Positions 1 to 9,860 of a DNA stretch of 64,000 bases are shown one piece after another. Location of the stretch: assembly GCA_963785305.1 (NCBI GenBank), contig CAWAUV010000007.1:320001-384000 (forward strand), in the 5' to 3' direction. How positions within the stretch are numbered: position 1 is the first letter of the stretch; the number at the start of each line of letters is the position of its first letter. The position numbers and the translations under genes are program-made. The DNA comes from an uncultured Planctomycetaceae bacterium. GTDB lineage: Bacteria; Planctomycetota; Planctomycetia; Pirellulales; PALSA-1355. The notes beneath the pieces are model-generated. The model had not been told where the DNA came from. It was given only the letters and a program-made list of their open reading frames with translations, and searched no databases.

Positions 1-236
1 TGACAGGCCGGGGCGCCCGCCCGATTTGCGGTAATGCCGGCTCGGCGGAAATCGCCCCGCCTGTCCAAAACAACGGTTGCGACCTCGCGTGGCTCCCGCG
101 CCGCGCCGGCCCGCAAAAGACCCAACTTCCGGCCTTTTGGCGCCGCCTCCGTCATGCGGACGCGTCGGGCGCGCCCAGGGCTCACGATCGATTCAGCGCG
201 GCGGCGCGAGCGAAGCGCCGGCCGGCGCGAGGAGCG

Positions 237-737
237 TTGCCCGTGATTCCTATCGCTCCCGTGGGTGGACTCGCCACTTCCTTGGCGTCGACCGCCAGTT
301 CCGCCGGCTCTCGCATGGCGAGCCCCTTCGCGAATGTGCTCGGCAAAGCCACCGCCCAGAGCGGCCAACAGGCCAGCAATCCGGCGGCGGTCGTGGCGCC
401 CAATGCGCCAGCGACACAGCAGCAGCAGGCGAACAACGCCCTGGCGGCCTTTCGCCAGCAATTCCAAAGCCTGCTCGCGGCCAACAACATTTCGACCAGC
501 CAGCCGATCCAATTGATGAGCGACGGACACGGCGGCATCGATATCGCGCCCGGCGCCCCGAATGCCAGCCAGATCAAGAGCCTGCTGCAAAATCATCCGG
601 AAATCACGAGTCAATTCGCCTCGCTCTCGCAGACTTTTCTTTCGCTCCGCGCGGCCGATCCCACGCAAGCCGCGAGCGCGCAAAACATCCTCAACGTCAC
701 GCTGTCGGGCTCTCAGGCGACCGTATCGTTTTCATGA
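237..737 (+). CDS. hypothetical protein (166 aa, Ala/Gln/Ser/Asn-rich)
   Basis: Only protein-like ORF in this interval; no family recognised. Confidence 0.65.
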   Translation: MPVIPIAPVGGLATSLASTASSAGSRMASPFANVLGKATAQSGQQASNPAAVVAPNAPATQQQQANNALAAFRQQFQSLLAANNISTSQPIQLMSDGHGGIDIAPGAPNASQIKSLLQNHPEITSQFASLSQTFLSLRAADPTQAASAQNILNVTLSGSQATVSFS

Positions 738-2141
738 TCGCTTCGGCCGCCTGTTCGCCGCCATGGACACAGTGGGGAATGCCCACTCCGCGATAGGCGG
801 CCCCGGCGAGCGCCAGCCCAGGCCGCCGGGCGACAAGCGCCTCGATCGCCTCGACCCGCGCAAGTGGCCCAGCGTGTATTGCGGCATTGCATTCGTCCAG
901 CGCGCGAGCCACGTCATGATCGGCGGTCCCGAGATCGCCAGCAACTCGCCGAGCTCTTGGGTCGCTAGGCCAATCAGTTCGCGATCGTCGCCCGCGAGCA
1001 GTTCACTCTGACAAGCCCCGCCAATGAACACCCGCGCGAGTAAGGCGTCGTCGGGCGCCCGCCCGGGATATTTGACACTCGAAAAGCTCGCCGCCAAGAT
1101 GCGCCGCTTTTCGCGGGCCGGGACCACGAATCCAAACGCATCGAGCGGCCGGCCGACCTGGGTCAAGCGATAGCCGAGCGACACCACGGCGGTCGACGCA
1201 TACTCGATCGCCGCGAGGGCCGAGGCTAGGTCGGCCTCGCCGGCGAGTATTTCGGCGGCGCGTGGGGCCGGCGCGGCCACGATCACCGCGTCGGCGACGA
1301 TCGTCTCCGGCGCCGCCGATCCGCCCAGCTCGACAAGCCAGCCCCGCCCGCCCGATGGCGCAACGCGCGCGACCGGCGTGTTCAATCGCACTCGTTTGGG
1401 CTCCAGAACTTCCGCAATGCGCGCCACGAGCCGATCCATGCCCTCGCGCGGCGCGACAAACATGCCATAGCGCGCTCCGCTGGCAAAACCCGATTCGCCG
1501 CCGCCGCGCAGCTCGCGTCGAGCAGCCGCCGAGAGCAAGCTACCGTGGCGCGCTTCAAGCGAAAGAAAACGCGGCAAGGTGGCGGCCAAGCTCAGCCGCT
1601 CGGGATCGGCCGTGTAGATGCCGCCGACGAGCGGTTGAATCAGCCGCTCGAAAACCTCGGCGCCAAAACGGCGTCGGGCAAACGACGCCAAGCTCTCATC
1701 GCCGGCAGCTCGCCGTCGCACAAGCGGCTCGGCCAGGAGCCGCAATTTTCCGCGAGGGCTCAAGATCGGCGTCGTGAGCATCGGCCACACTTGGCCCGGC
1801 GCCATGAGTGAAAAGCCGCGCGGCACATTCACAAGCCGGCCGCGAAAAACAACCTGGGCCCGGCGATTTGCCGAATGGGTCGGTATTAGTTCCGCTTCAA
1901 AGCCGGCGCGGCGGCAAAGGTCGATCGCCCAGGGAACGTTGGTGATGAAATTGTCGGCGCTTTGCTCGATCAAGAAGCCATCGCGCCGCTCGGAGCCCAA
2001 CACGCCGCCAAGTCGGGCGCCGGCTTCGAGCAAGGTCAAGCATGCTCGCGGGGCGAGCTCGAGGCAGCGCCGCGCGGCGGCCAATCCGGCAATGCCGCCG
2101 CCAACGACCACGATCCGAGGACTGGATTCGGTGGCGCTCAA
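697..2141 (-). CDS. hemG: protoporphyrinogen/coproporphyrinogen oxidase HemY/HemG; one frameshift near 865
   Basis: GGGIAG FAD motif, GGIYTADP, MPQY; the C-terminus (GAAYRGVGIPHC) lies in ORF 697..912. Confidence 0.9.
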
Positions 2142-2146
2142 GTCGG

Positions 2147-3481
2147 TCAGGGCCCCAGGTCGTTCGTGACGGGCGAGGGCCCGAGCTCGCGTCGGCCGCC
2201 AGCCGGAAGTCCGGTGTTGTAAGGCGAGGCCGGCGGCCCATAAGGATTGCCCCCCGCGCCGAAACCGCTTCCGGCGCCCCGACCGGCGCCCGCGCCATAA
2301 CCCTGACCGGCGCCCGCGCCATAACCCGCGCCGGGCCCCGCGGCGCCGTATCCGCCGCCGGGACCATAGCCTCCCGGGCTCGCCGCCGGAGCATAAGGCG
2401 AAGCGATCGGACCATAGGGACTGATCGAGCGGCGCGGAGCGGCCTCGGGGTCTTGAATGCCGGTGCTGCGAATCGTGCCCACATAGGGCGAGCGGCCCGG
2501 CGCGTGCATGGGCGTGCCGCCCAGGCCATAGCCGTTTTGTCCGAGCGAATTGCTCGGGCCGGTCGGACCGATCGGGCCGGCGCCGGTGACGGGCGGGCCG
2601 ATCGCGGTGCTTACCGGCTGCGACAAGCGCGGCGTCGACAAAAGGCCGCTGTCGCCAGGGGTTCGACCCGCGCCGAACTTCGACGACGGCCGACTTGGCG
2701 AACCAAAACCACCACCGCTCCAGCCGTTGGCGCCTAGCGGCTCGCCCGGCTTGGGCGCTTGCACTCCGAAGAGCTGTTCGGTCATCGAGCGATGATCGAC
2801 CACGAGCGGCTGACCGCCGGAGTCTTGCACCGTGGTCGACATCGCGCCGTAGTCGGTCTGCTTTTGTTTGAGGCCCTCGATCTGGCGATCGGTCGAGTCT
2901 TGTTCGTCCTCGGGATGCTCCGGCCGATTGAGAGCGCTGAACTGTTCGGCCTGAGTTTTCGGACGACTCCGGCGGTCGTCGAACACCGATGATTTCTTCT
3001 TGCTGGACTTCGCGCTCGACGACGAAGGCGCGTCGGGCAGCACATCGCGCACGGCGTCATCGCTGTCGGGATTGAAGATAAACGCTTGCGAATAGGTCGG
3101 ATCGAGCTTCTTAGCGATCCGCTCGTCGGCCTGACTTTTTTCGAGTTCGCCCAGCTCTTTATAGATGATGGCGCGCTGGTAATAACTCTCGGACTCACTC
3201 GGCGCGAGTCGAATCGCTTCCGAATAGTCCACCAGCGATCGCTCGCGGTTGCCCAGCAGCAGATATGCCTTGGCGCGGCAGGCAAAGGCCGCGCCCTCGT
3301 CGGGCTTGGCCTTGATCGCTTCGTCGGCGGCGGTGATGGCTTCCTGCCACTTGCCCTGCTTGAGTAGATATTGCGCTTTTTCGAGCGGGCTCATCGAAGC
3401 AGTGGCATCGCAGCCGGCCAAGGCCATCGCGAGCGCGCCGAGCACAAGGCCCGCCAAGCAGGTACGAATCGCGCGAGGCAT
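2147..3481 (-). CDS. TPR-repeat lipoprotein with Gly/Pro/Tyr-rich C-terminal tail
   Basis: Lipobox LAGC; TPR-like helices (DYSEAIRLAP, YYQRAIIY); GYGAGAG repeats. Confidence 0.8.
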   Translation of the reverse strand: MPRAIRTCLAGLVLGALAMALAGCDATASMSPLEKAQYLLKQGKWQEAITAADEAIKAKPDEGAAFACRAKAYLLLGNRERSLVDYSEAIRLAPSESESYYQRAIIYKELGELEKSQADERIAKKLDPTYSQAFIFNPDSDDAVRDVLPDAPSSSSAKSSKKKSSVFDDRRSRPKTQAEQFSALNRPEHPEDEQDSTDRQIEGLKQKQTDYGAMSTTVQDSGGQPLVVDHRSMTEQLFGVQAPKPGEPLGANGWSGGGFGSPSRPSSKFGAGRTPGDSGLLSTPRLSQPVSTAIGPPVTGAGPIGPTGPSNSLGQNGYGLGGTPMHAPGRSPYVGTIRSTGIQDPEAAPRRSISPYGPIASPYAPAASPGGYGPGGGYGAAGPGAGYGAGAGQGYGAGAGRGAGSGFGAGGNPYGPPASPYNTGLPAGGRRELGPSPVTNDLGP

Positions 3482-3594
3482 TGCGATACCCAGAGAGTGA
3501 GCCGCGAGGGAAAAGCGTGAGAATTCGGCGCCGATGACCTACCGTGAATCATAGCTTTTCCTGGCAAAATAGGCAAGATCGCGGAGCGTGTCAT

Positions 3595-4844
3595 CAGGGC
3601 CAATCATTGTTCTAGTCTAGCGGAAGTCTCCCGCGTAGGATGAGTGTGTACGTGCGTCCACTCACCTTCATTCTGCTGGAGATGCTTGCATGGCGACTGC
3701 CGAAGCAACGAGTCTGCTCGATTTCTTGTCGCGGATTCCCGATCCTCGTGGGCGGCGGGGGCGACGCTTTTCGCTCTCGGCCATGATGGCCACCGTGGTT
3801 TGCGGAATCCTTTGCGGCCACCGAGGTTACAAGGCGATCGCCGATTGGATCGCGTCGCAGGACCGAAAAATCTGGTGGTTGCTGGGCTATTGGCGCAAGC
3901 CTCCTTGCGCCAATGCCTTCCGTGATCTGATCCTGGCCCTCGACCCCGTGATTTTAGAGCAGTGCGTGCGAGAATGGGTCGAGTCGCAACTGGGCGAGGT
4001 TGTGGATGAGGCAAAGTTGTCCGCCGTCGCGATGGATGGCAAGTCCCTGTGCGGAGTGCTGAACGCGCACGGACGGACGGCCCATCTGCTGTCCTTGTAC
4101 GACCAAGAAACCGGCTATGTCTTGAGTCAAATGGAAGTCGATGGCAAGACCAACGAGATCACCGCCGCGCCGGAACTCTTGGAAACGATCGTCTTGAAAG
4201 GCCGCGTCATCACGGGCGACGCCCTGCTGTGTCAGCGCGAGATCTGCCAGAAAATCATCGACGGCGGCGGGCATTATCTCCTGGTGGTCAAAGACAATCA
4301 GCCGACTCTAATGCAGGCCATCGCCGCCGAGTTCGAGCCGGCCTTTTCCCCCCTATAACGAGAAGCAACGCCAATCCCATCTCGATGTCGCCGAAACGTT
4401 GAACAAGGGACACGGCCGGCGAGAACATCGCTCTCTGCAAGCTTCGACCCGGTTGGCGAAGCACTTGGATTGGCCCGGCCTGGAGCAGGTCTGCCGACTC
4501 GACCGCACGACCTGGCGCAAGGGCATTCAGACCCACGAAGTGGCGTATGCCATTTCCAGCGCACCACGACCCAAAGGCTCGGCCGCCGACCTGCTGGGCT
4601 GGTGGCGCGGGCACTGGGGCATCGAAAACAAGTCCCACTGGGTTCGCGACGTGGTTCTGGGCGAGGACGCCTGCCGAATCCGCAAGGGCAGCGCGCCCAG
4701 GCGTTCAGCACGCTCCGCAATGCGGGCCTTACCCTCCTACGATCGCTAGGCTGCACCCAAATCGCCCAAACTCTGCGAGAAAACGCCGCCCGAGTCGACC
4801 GCCTCCTCACCAGACTCGGCATCTTGAAAGAATGAGCGACCCTG
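3595..4844 (+). mobile_element. ISAs1-family insertion sequence, 1250 bp
   Basis: Imperfect TIRs: CAGGGCCAATCATTGTT at left, CAGGGTCGCTCATTCTT as reverse complement at right; 10-bp target duplication AGCGTGTCAT at 3585-3594 and 4845-4854. Confidence 0.93.
3690..4835 (+). CDS. ISAs1 DDE transposase in three ORF pieces (shifts near 4350 and 4700)
   Basis: IPDPR, AMDGK, KTNEI, TGDALLCQ, VKDNQP, HGRRE, RGHWGIEN, EDACRIR motifs. Confidence 0.9.
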
Positions 4845-5086
4845 AGCGTGTCATGCATTTTGGTAAATCCCGGCCCCCGAGCGCCGTTGCGGTTGGAAAA
4901 TCCGCGCTGCGCAGTTTAGGTTAGGCAGAGGCATGGACGGGCTTAAATGAAGTTCCTCAATTAGGCCGCCTACAATTTCCGCTCGCGCCGGTAAGATTTA
5001 CCGCACACCCGCGGCGATTGCGATGGGGGCGAATCGCTCGTGGCCCCCTCGACGGTTTGCTGAACACTTGGATGGCGATGCGTTTT

Positions 5087-5504
5087 ATGGACCCGCTGAC
5101 CAACGAGGGCCGGTCAGCGCTCGATGCGCTGCGTCCGCGGTAAGAACTCGCGGCCGGAACTCATAGTGCGGAGCTTGATTCATCGTCTCGGCTATCGCTT
5201 TAGGCTTCACGCAGCTGATCTTCCCGGGCGACCTGATATCGTATTGCGGCGCCTTCGCGCGGCGATTTTCGTCAACGGCTGTTTTTGGCATCGGCACAAC
5301 GGCTGTGCTCGGACCACGATGCCGAAAACGCGAGCTGATTTTTGGCGCCGGAAATTCGCCGCGAATGTCCGCCGGGACCGCGCGACATGCCGAGCATTGC
5401 GCCGATCTGGCTGGCGCGTGCTGGTGGTATGGGAGTGCGAACTGGCGAATGTCGATGGCGTTACGCGAGTAATTCGGCGATTTTTGGAGAAGGGCGCGAC
5501 GTGA
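5087..5504 (+). CDS. vsr: very short patch repair endonuclease Vsr; frameshift near 5122
   Basis: MDPLT..RSAL joined to MRCVRGKNSRPE, LPGRPDI, VNGCFWH, GWRVLVVWEC. Confidence 0.9.
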
Positions 5505-6661
5505 AAACCATCGAACTTTTCGCCGGTATTGGTGGGTTTCGCATCGCGGCGGATCAATGCGGACTGAAAACGGTCTGGGCCAATGATATCTCGGAACTCG
5601 CCTGCTTGGTCTATCAAGACAGATTCGGCTCCGACGCGATAGCCCGCGGAGACCTCCGGGGTTTCCTATCCGACATTCCGCGACATGACATCTTAACGGG
5701 CGGATTTCCATGCCAACCCTTTAGCGCCGCGGGAAAAAAAGCGGGCATCCGCGACCCGCGCGGCACGCTATTCGAGTTGATCGTGAATGTGCTCAAATGC
5801 CATCGGCCGAGATACTTCGTCTTGGAAAACGTCAAACGACTTTTAACGATGGAGAAGGGTTTCCACTTCGCGACGATCCTTTCGTCCATTGCCGATTTGG
5901 AATACGACATCGAATGGCGCCTCGTTAACGCGATGTGCATGGGACTCCCGCAAAACCGCCAGCGGGTTTTCATAGTCGGCGCATTGCGTGAGCACGCCGG
6001 CGAATCCGCGCCAGGCTATCGCTTGGTACACCGAGACGAAATTTTTTCATTGGGCGAACGTTCGATAGACCGAATGCGGTCGCGGGCTTCCTGGTCGCCG
6101 ATAGAAAATCATTCCAGTAGATTTCCAAATTGGGGGGCGGCATCGGACGGTAGATTTTTCGGCGCCGACGTCGAGTTCCTCGCCGACGCGAAACCGATCG
6201 TCTCCGTCAACGCGGTACTCGAAGACGCTCCATCATCGGAATTCGATTTCACGGAAATAACGCGGAAATGGGTTCGTGAAAACACACCGGTGAACCGAAT
6301 GGTTCAGGGAGTCGAGATCATCAGCAACCAGGCAGGCGGCGCCAGGATGGGATATACGATCTTCGGAACAAGCGGAGTCGCACCGACTCTAACTTCGACG
6401 ACCAGCCGTCATTACGAACGATATTTCATCAAAAACCGCTATCGCCGGCTTACGAACATCGAATACGCTCGCATCCAAGGATTCCCCGACGACCATTGTT
6501 CCGCGGTTTCTCCATACCATCAGTACGCACTTTACGGAAACGCGGTTCCACCCGTCATGGCGTCATGGGCAATCCGAAAAATCCTTGGAGAAGGGACCGC
6601 CGGCGCCGATTTGCCGCGGGCTATGCAACGGGAACTATTCTCATATGCCGACCAAGGATGA
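5501..6661 (+). CDS. DNA (cytosine-5)-methyltransferase
   Basis: LFAGIGG, GFPCQPFS, ENV, QNRQRVF, RIQGFPD, GNAV; GTG start overlaps the vsr stop (GTGA). Confidence 0.95.
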   Translation: MKTIELFAGIGGFRIAADQCGLKTVWANDISELACLVYQDRFGSDAIARGDLRGFLSDIPRHDILTGGFPCQPFSAAGKKAGIRDPRGTLFELIVNVLKCHRPRYFVLENVKRLLTMEKGFHFATILSSIADLEYDIEWRLVNAMCMGLPQNRQRVFIVGALREHAGESAPGYRLVHRDEIFSLGERSIDRMRSRASWSPIENHSSRFPNWGAASDGRFFGADVEFLADAKPIVSVNAVLEDAPSSEFDFTEITRKWVRENTPVNRMVQGVEIISNQAGGARMGYTIFGTSGVAPTLTSTTSRHYERYFIKNRYRRLTNIEYARIQGFPDDHCSAVSPYHQYALYGNAVPPVMASWAIRKILGEGTAGADLPRAMQRELFSYADQG

Positions 6662-7635
6662 GTTGCGGTCGATCCTGCGAAACAATCTTGAAGCCACCGT
6701 GCTTCGGCTTAATAGCGCGTTGCGGGCGAAAAAGCTTGAAGCTCTTCGCCCGGTGCTTGCGCGAATTGGCCGCGGCAAACAGTTGCCGCACTGGTTCGAG
6801 CAACTCGCCGCCGATGCGACGTTGCCGAATCTGGATGGCAAAACGGTCGGCAGTGTCATCGAGATGCTTCTCGTTGCCGTACTGGAAACGTCGACCTTCG
6901 CCGGCATCGCGAACATGCCCGAGCTGCGAATCAATCCGGCGCACGGCGTCGACCTTCCAGACCTCGAAATCGGCGTGAAATCGCCATCGGAGAATTTCTG
7001 CACAAGCGAGCCGTTCTTTTCGGCGTATGAGCGAATCCTGGGAACGGATCACGACGCCCTCGTCCTTTTGACGAACTACCAGTCGGCGAAGAAAAGTACG
7101 CCACTACGGCTCCAGATCATCCAATGGAAATGGCTGACAAAGACCCAGATCGCCGACTCACGGCTCTGCGCGATCGCAAAAAAGCACAGAGCTTGGCTAC
7201 TTGACGAAAACGAAGCCTGGATGAGACGAATTCTTAAGTTTCTCGCATTTGTCAGTCAAAGCGACTGGCGCAAAGCATCTGCTCCGCTTGGTCGACGCGA
7301 TGGGGCCGAATACATCCGCTCAAGCGTTGATCGAGGAGGCTCGGCTCGATTTCTCGAAACAAAATCGTTCAAGGCTAAAAAAAGACGCCACGCCTTTTCC
7401 CGACTCCGAGCTCTATGCGATCGAACGCATCGGTTCAACATCTCCGGTTGAGCTCGGAATTATCGATGCCGCGGAAAACTGGGTGGTCGAAGCACAAAAA
7501 GACCTTGGTCGACCGCCCAACGACAACGAATGGTCGCGTTTCGTCCAGAGCCCGCTGGATGGGCAAATCGGAATGAGCTACGCGCTGCAATGGCGATACA
7601 ATTTCGGCCGGTTGTTCAACGATTCAAACTTGTGA
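6645..7635 (+). CDS. putative type II restriction endonuclease (~330 aa); frameshift near 7270
   Basis: Overlaps the MTase stop; D-LPDL-EIGVK resembles a PD-(D/E)xK variant; vsr-MTase-ORF layout. Function is inferred. Confidence 0.6.
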
Positions 7636-7722
7636 GCACCCTCGTGGCCCTATCAATAAACTCGGAATCGCGAGCTTGATTCCGCGTCTTTCTTTTTCCG
7701 GTCTTTCCGGCATCTGCTTTGC

Positions 7723-8649
7723 CTATCGCAGTTGCGATGCCAGGTCTTCGAGTTCGTTTTGAGTGCGGGCGAGATCGGCGCGCAGGTCGGCGACTTCGCT
7801 CCGCAGGGTTTCCATGGCCGATACCAAGCTTGCCAGCACCGCTTCGCTTGGACCAGCCCCGGTCTGGTCGCGCCGCGGTGGGCCCGGGGACGACGACGAG
7901 GCCGATGCGCCCGAGGGACTCGGCGCGGCATGGGCGGCATGCGCCGAGTGGGCCGCGGCCGGGCGCTGGGGCGGCGGGGTCGCGGCGCTTTCATTTGGAT
8001 CGCCGGCCGCGCTCGTCGGCTGGTAGTCGCGGCGCACCTTTTCCAGCTCGCGCGGTTCGTAAAGGGCATGGGTCAGCGCGTGGCCGCGGCCCTCGGGCGT
8101 GAGCGACACGATCAAATTCTTGGCCTTCAGCGAAGCGAGCACCGGCCGCAGGGCGCCAAGATCGGCGATCGGCTCCATGCGCACGGCGCGTCCGCGGAGC
8201 TCGCCCTCGGTCTGAGCGCCGCGGAGCAGCAACTCGACCATCACGGCCATCTCGACCTTGCTCACGCCCAGCCAATCATAGAGCAAGTGCCGGTACTTAT
8301 TGACCCGGCCATCGCCATGAATCTCGGCCACGGCCCCCAGGCCGCGGAGCCGCTCGAGCGCTTCCTCCACGTCGTCGACTTCGATCTCCATCAGCGGGTA
8401 GCGATTGTTCTTTTGGTTGCAACCGGTCTTGATGGCGTTGAGCGTCATCGGATAGGCGTCGGGCGTGGTTTTGGCCTTCTCGCCCAACACGCCGAGCACC
8501 CGGCGATCGAGCGAAGCGATCGGCTGCCAGCGTGGCGCCTTGGCCTGGGGTTCGTCGGCCACGGATTCGCCAGTCGTGGGATTCACGGCTGCGCGATTCA
8601 CGGCCGCGGAGCTCACGGCCGCGTTTTCATCGAGCGGAGTATCGGTCAT
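7723..8649 (-). CDS. DUF480/YceH family protein
   Basis: RVLGVL-EK--TTPDAYPMTLNA---GCNQK-NR-P and LLLRGAQT-GELR motifs. Confidence 0.88.
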   Translation of the reverse strand: MTDTPLDENAAVSSAAVNRAAVNPTTGESVADEPQAKAPRWQPIASLDRRVLGVLGEKAKTTPDAYPMTLNAIKTGCNQKNNRYPLMEIEVDDVEEALERLRGLGAVAEIHGDGRVNKYRHLLYDWLGVSKVEMAVMVELLLRGAQTEGELRGRAVRMEPIADLGALRPVLASLKAKNLIVSLTPEGRGHALTHALYEPRELEKVRRDYQPTSAAGDPNESAATPPPQRPAAAHSAHAAHAAPSPSGASASSSSPGPPRRDQTGAGPSEAVLASLVSAMETLRSEVADLRADLARTQNELEDLASQLR

Positions 8650-8906
8650 GGCACAAGGCGCCTGGGGTGCGTCGAGATAAATTCACGGAGACGAGTTCGC
8701 CGCGCAACGCCAGCACTGTACTCCCCCGGTCCGTGTCCGATCAAGAGCCGCGGGCCGTGGATCGATTGTCGTTCGGGCTTGCGTCGGCAAGCGCAGACCT
8801 GTCGCCGCCCCGTGCTAGGGAATCGCGAGCGGGGCTGCTACCATGCAGTTGTTCACGCGGGCTGGCCGGGCGAGCGAAGAGACCAATGTGCGGGGGCGTT
8901 TCGCGG

Positions 8907-9650
8907 ATGCAATCAAGCGAGCAATCCGATCATCGGCCTTGGCCGGCGCCGCGGCGACCTTGGGTCGGGTTTATGCGGTGGCACGATCTGCTCTTCGCTC
9001 ATTGGCCGGTCGATCCTCGGGCGCTACGGCCTTGGATTCCACCGCGGCTCGAGCTCGAAACACGCGATGGCGCCACTTGGATCGGCGTGGTTCCGTTTCG
9101 GATGAGCCGTGTTCGCCCGCGGGGCTGCCCGTCGCTGCCCTGGCTTTCCGCGTTTCCGGAAATCAATGTGCGCACCTATGTGACCGATGGCGCGAAGCCA
9201 GGTGTTTGGTTCTTCAGTCTCGACGCCACGAACCCGCTCTTTGTGCGCGCGGCCCGCTGGACATTCGGCGTTCCCTATTTCGACGCGCGAATGGCGGTTC
9301 GAAGCGAGCTCGATGGCGAGATTCACTATCACTCGCGCCGCCCGAGCGGCCGCGTTCCGCCGGCCGAATTGATTGCTCGTTACCAACCGATCTCGAGTCC
9401 CGAACTGGCGCTGGCCGGCAGCTTGCCGCATTGGCTCACCGAACGGTATTGCATGTATAGCAGCACCGGCCCGGGCAGGATTTGGCGCATCGAGATCGAT
9501 CATCCGCCCTGGCGATTGGAACCGGCTCGTTGGAGCGTCGAGCGCAATACGATGGCCACCTCGCTCGGCGTGTCGTTGGCGGAGCCATGCCCGCTACTGC
9601 ATTTTGCCAAGTTCCAAGAGACCGTAGCTTGGCCGCCGGAGAAGGTCTGA
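8907..9650 (+). CDS. YqjF/DUF2071 family protein
   Basis: WHDLLFAHWPV, FPEINVRTYV, PGVWFFSLDA, WLTERY, IDHPPW. Confidence 0.88.
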   Translation: MQSSEQSDHRPWPAPRRPWVGFMRWHDLLFAHWPVDPRALRPWIPPRLELETRDGATWIGVVPFRMSRVRPRGCPSLPWLSAFPEINVRTYVTDGAKPGVWFFSLDATNPLFVRAARWTFGVPYFDARMAVRSELDGEIHYHSRRPSGRVPPAELIARYQPISSPELALAGSLPHWLTERYCMYSSTGPGRIWRIEIDHPPWRLEPARWSVERNTMATSLGVSLAEPCPLLHFAKFQETVAWPPEKV

Positions 9651-9693
9651 GGGTTTTCGATTTTCAGTTTTCAGCAGGAAGCGCGCGTTGACG

Positions 9694-9860
9694 CTAGTGC
9701 TTTGTCACGGCTGAAATGATAGGTAACCCCGTGTGCCATGCCCACGCCCAGCGTGGGCATGTTTTCGAGCGCCACGCGGAGTCCTCATGCCCACGCAGGG
9801 CCGTGGGCATGGCACGCGGAACCAATCCAACCCGTCATTTCAATTGTGACAATGCACTAG
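9694..9860. mobile_element. MITE-like element, copy 1 (167 bp)
   Basis: TIRs CTAGTGCTTTGTCACGGCTGAAATGA and TCATTTCAATTGTGACAATGCACTAG; two internal CATGCCCACG..CGTGGGCATG hairpins. Confidence 0.7.
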
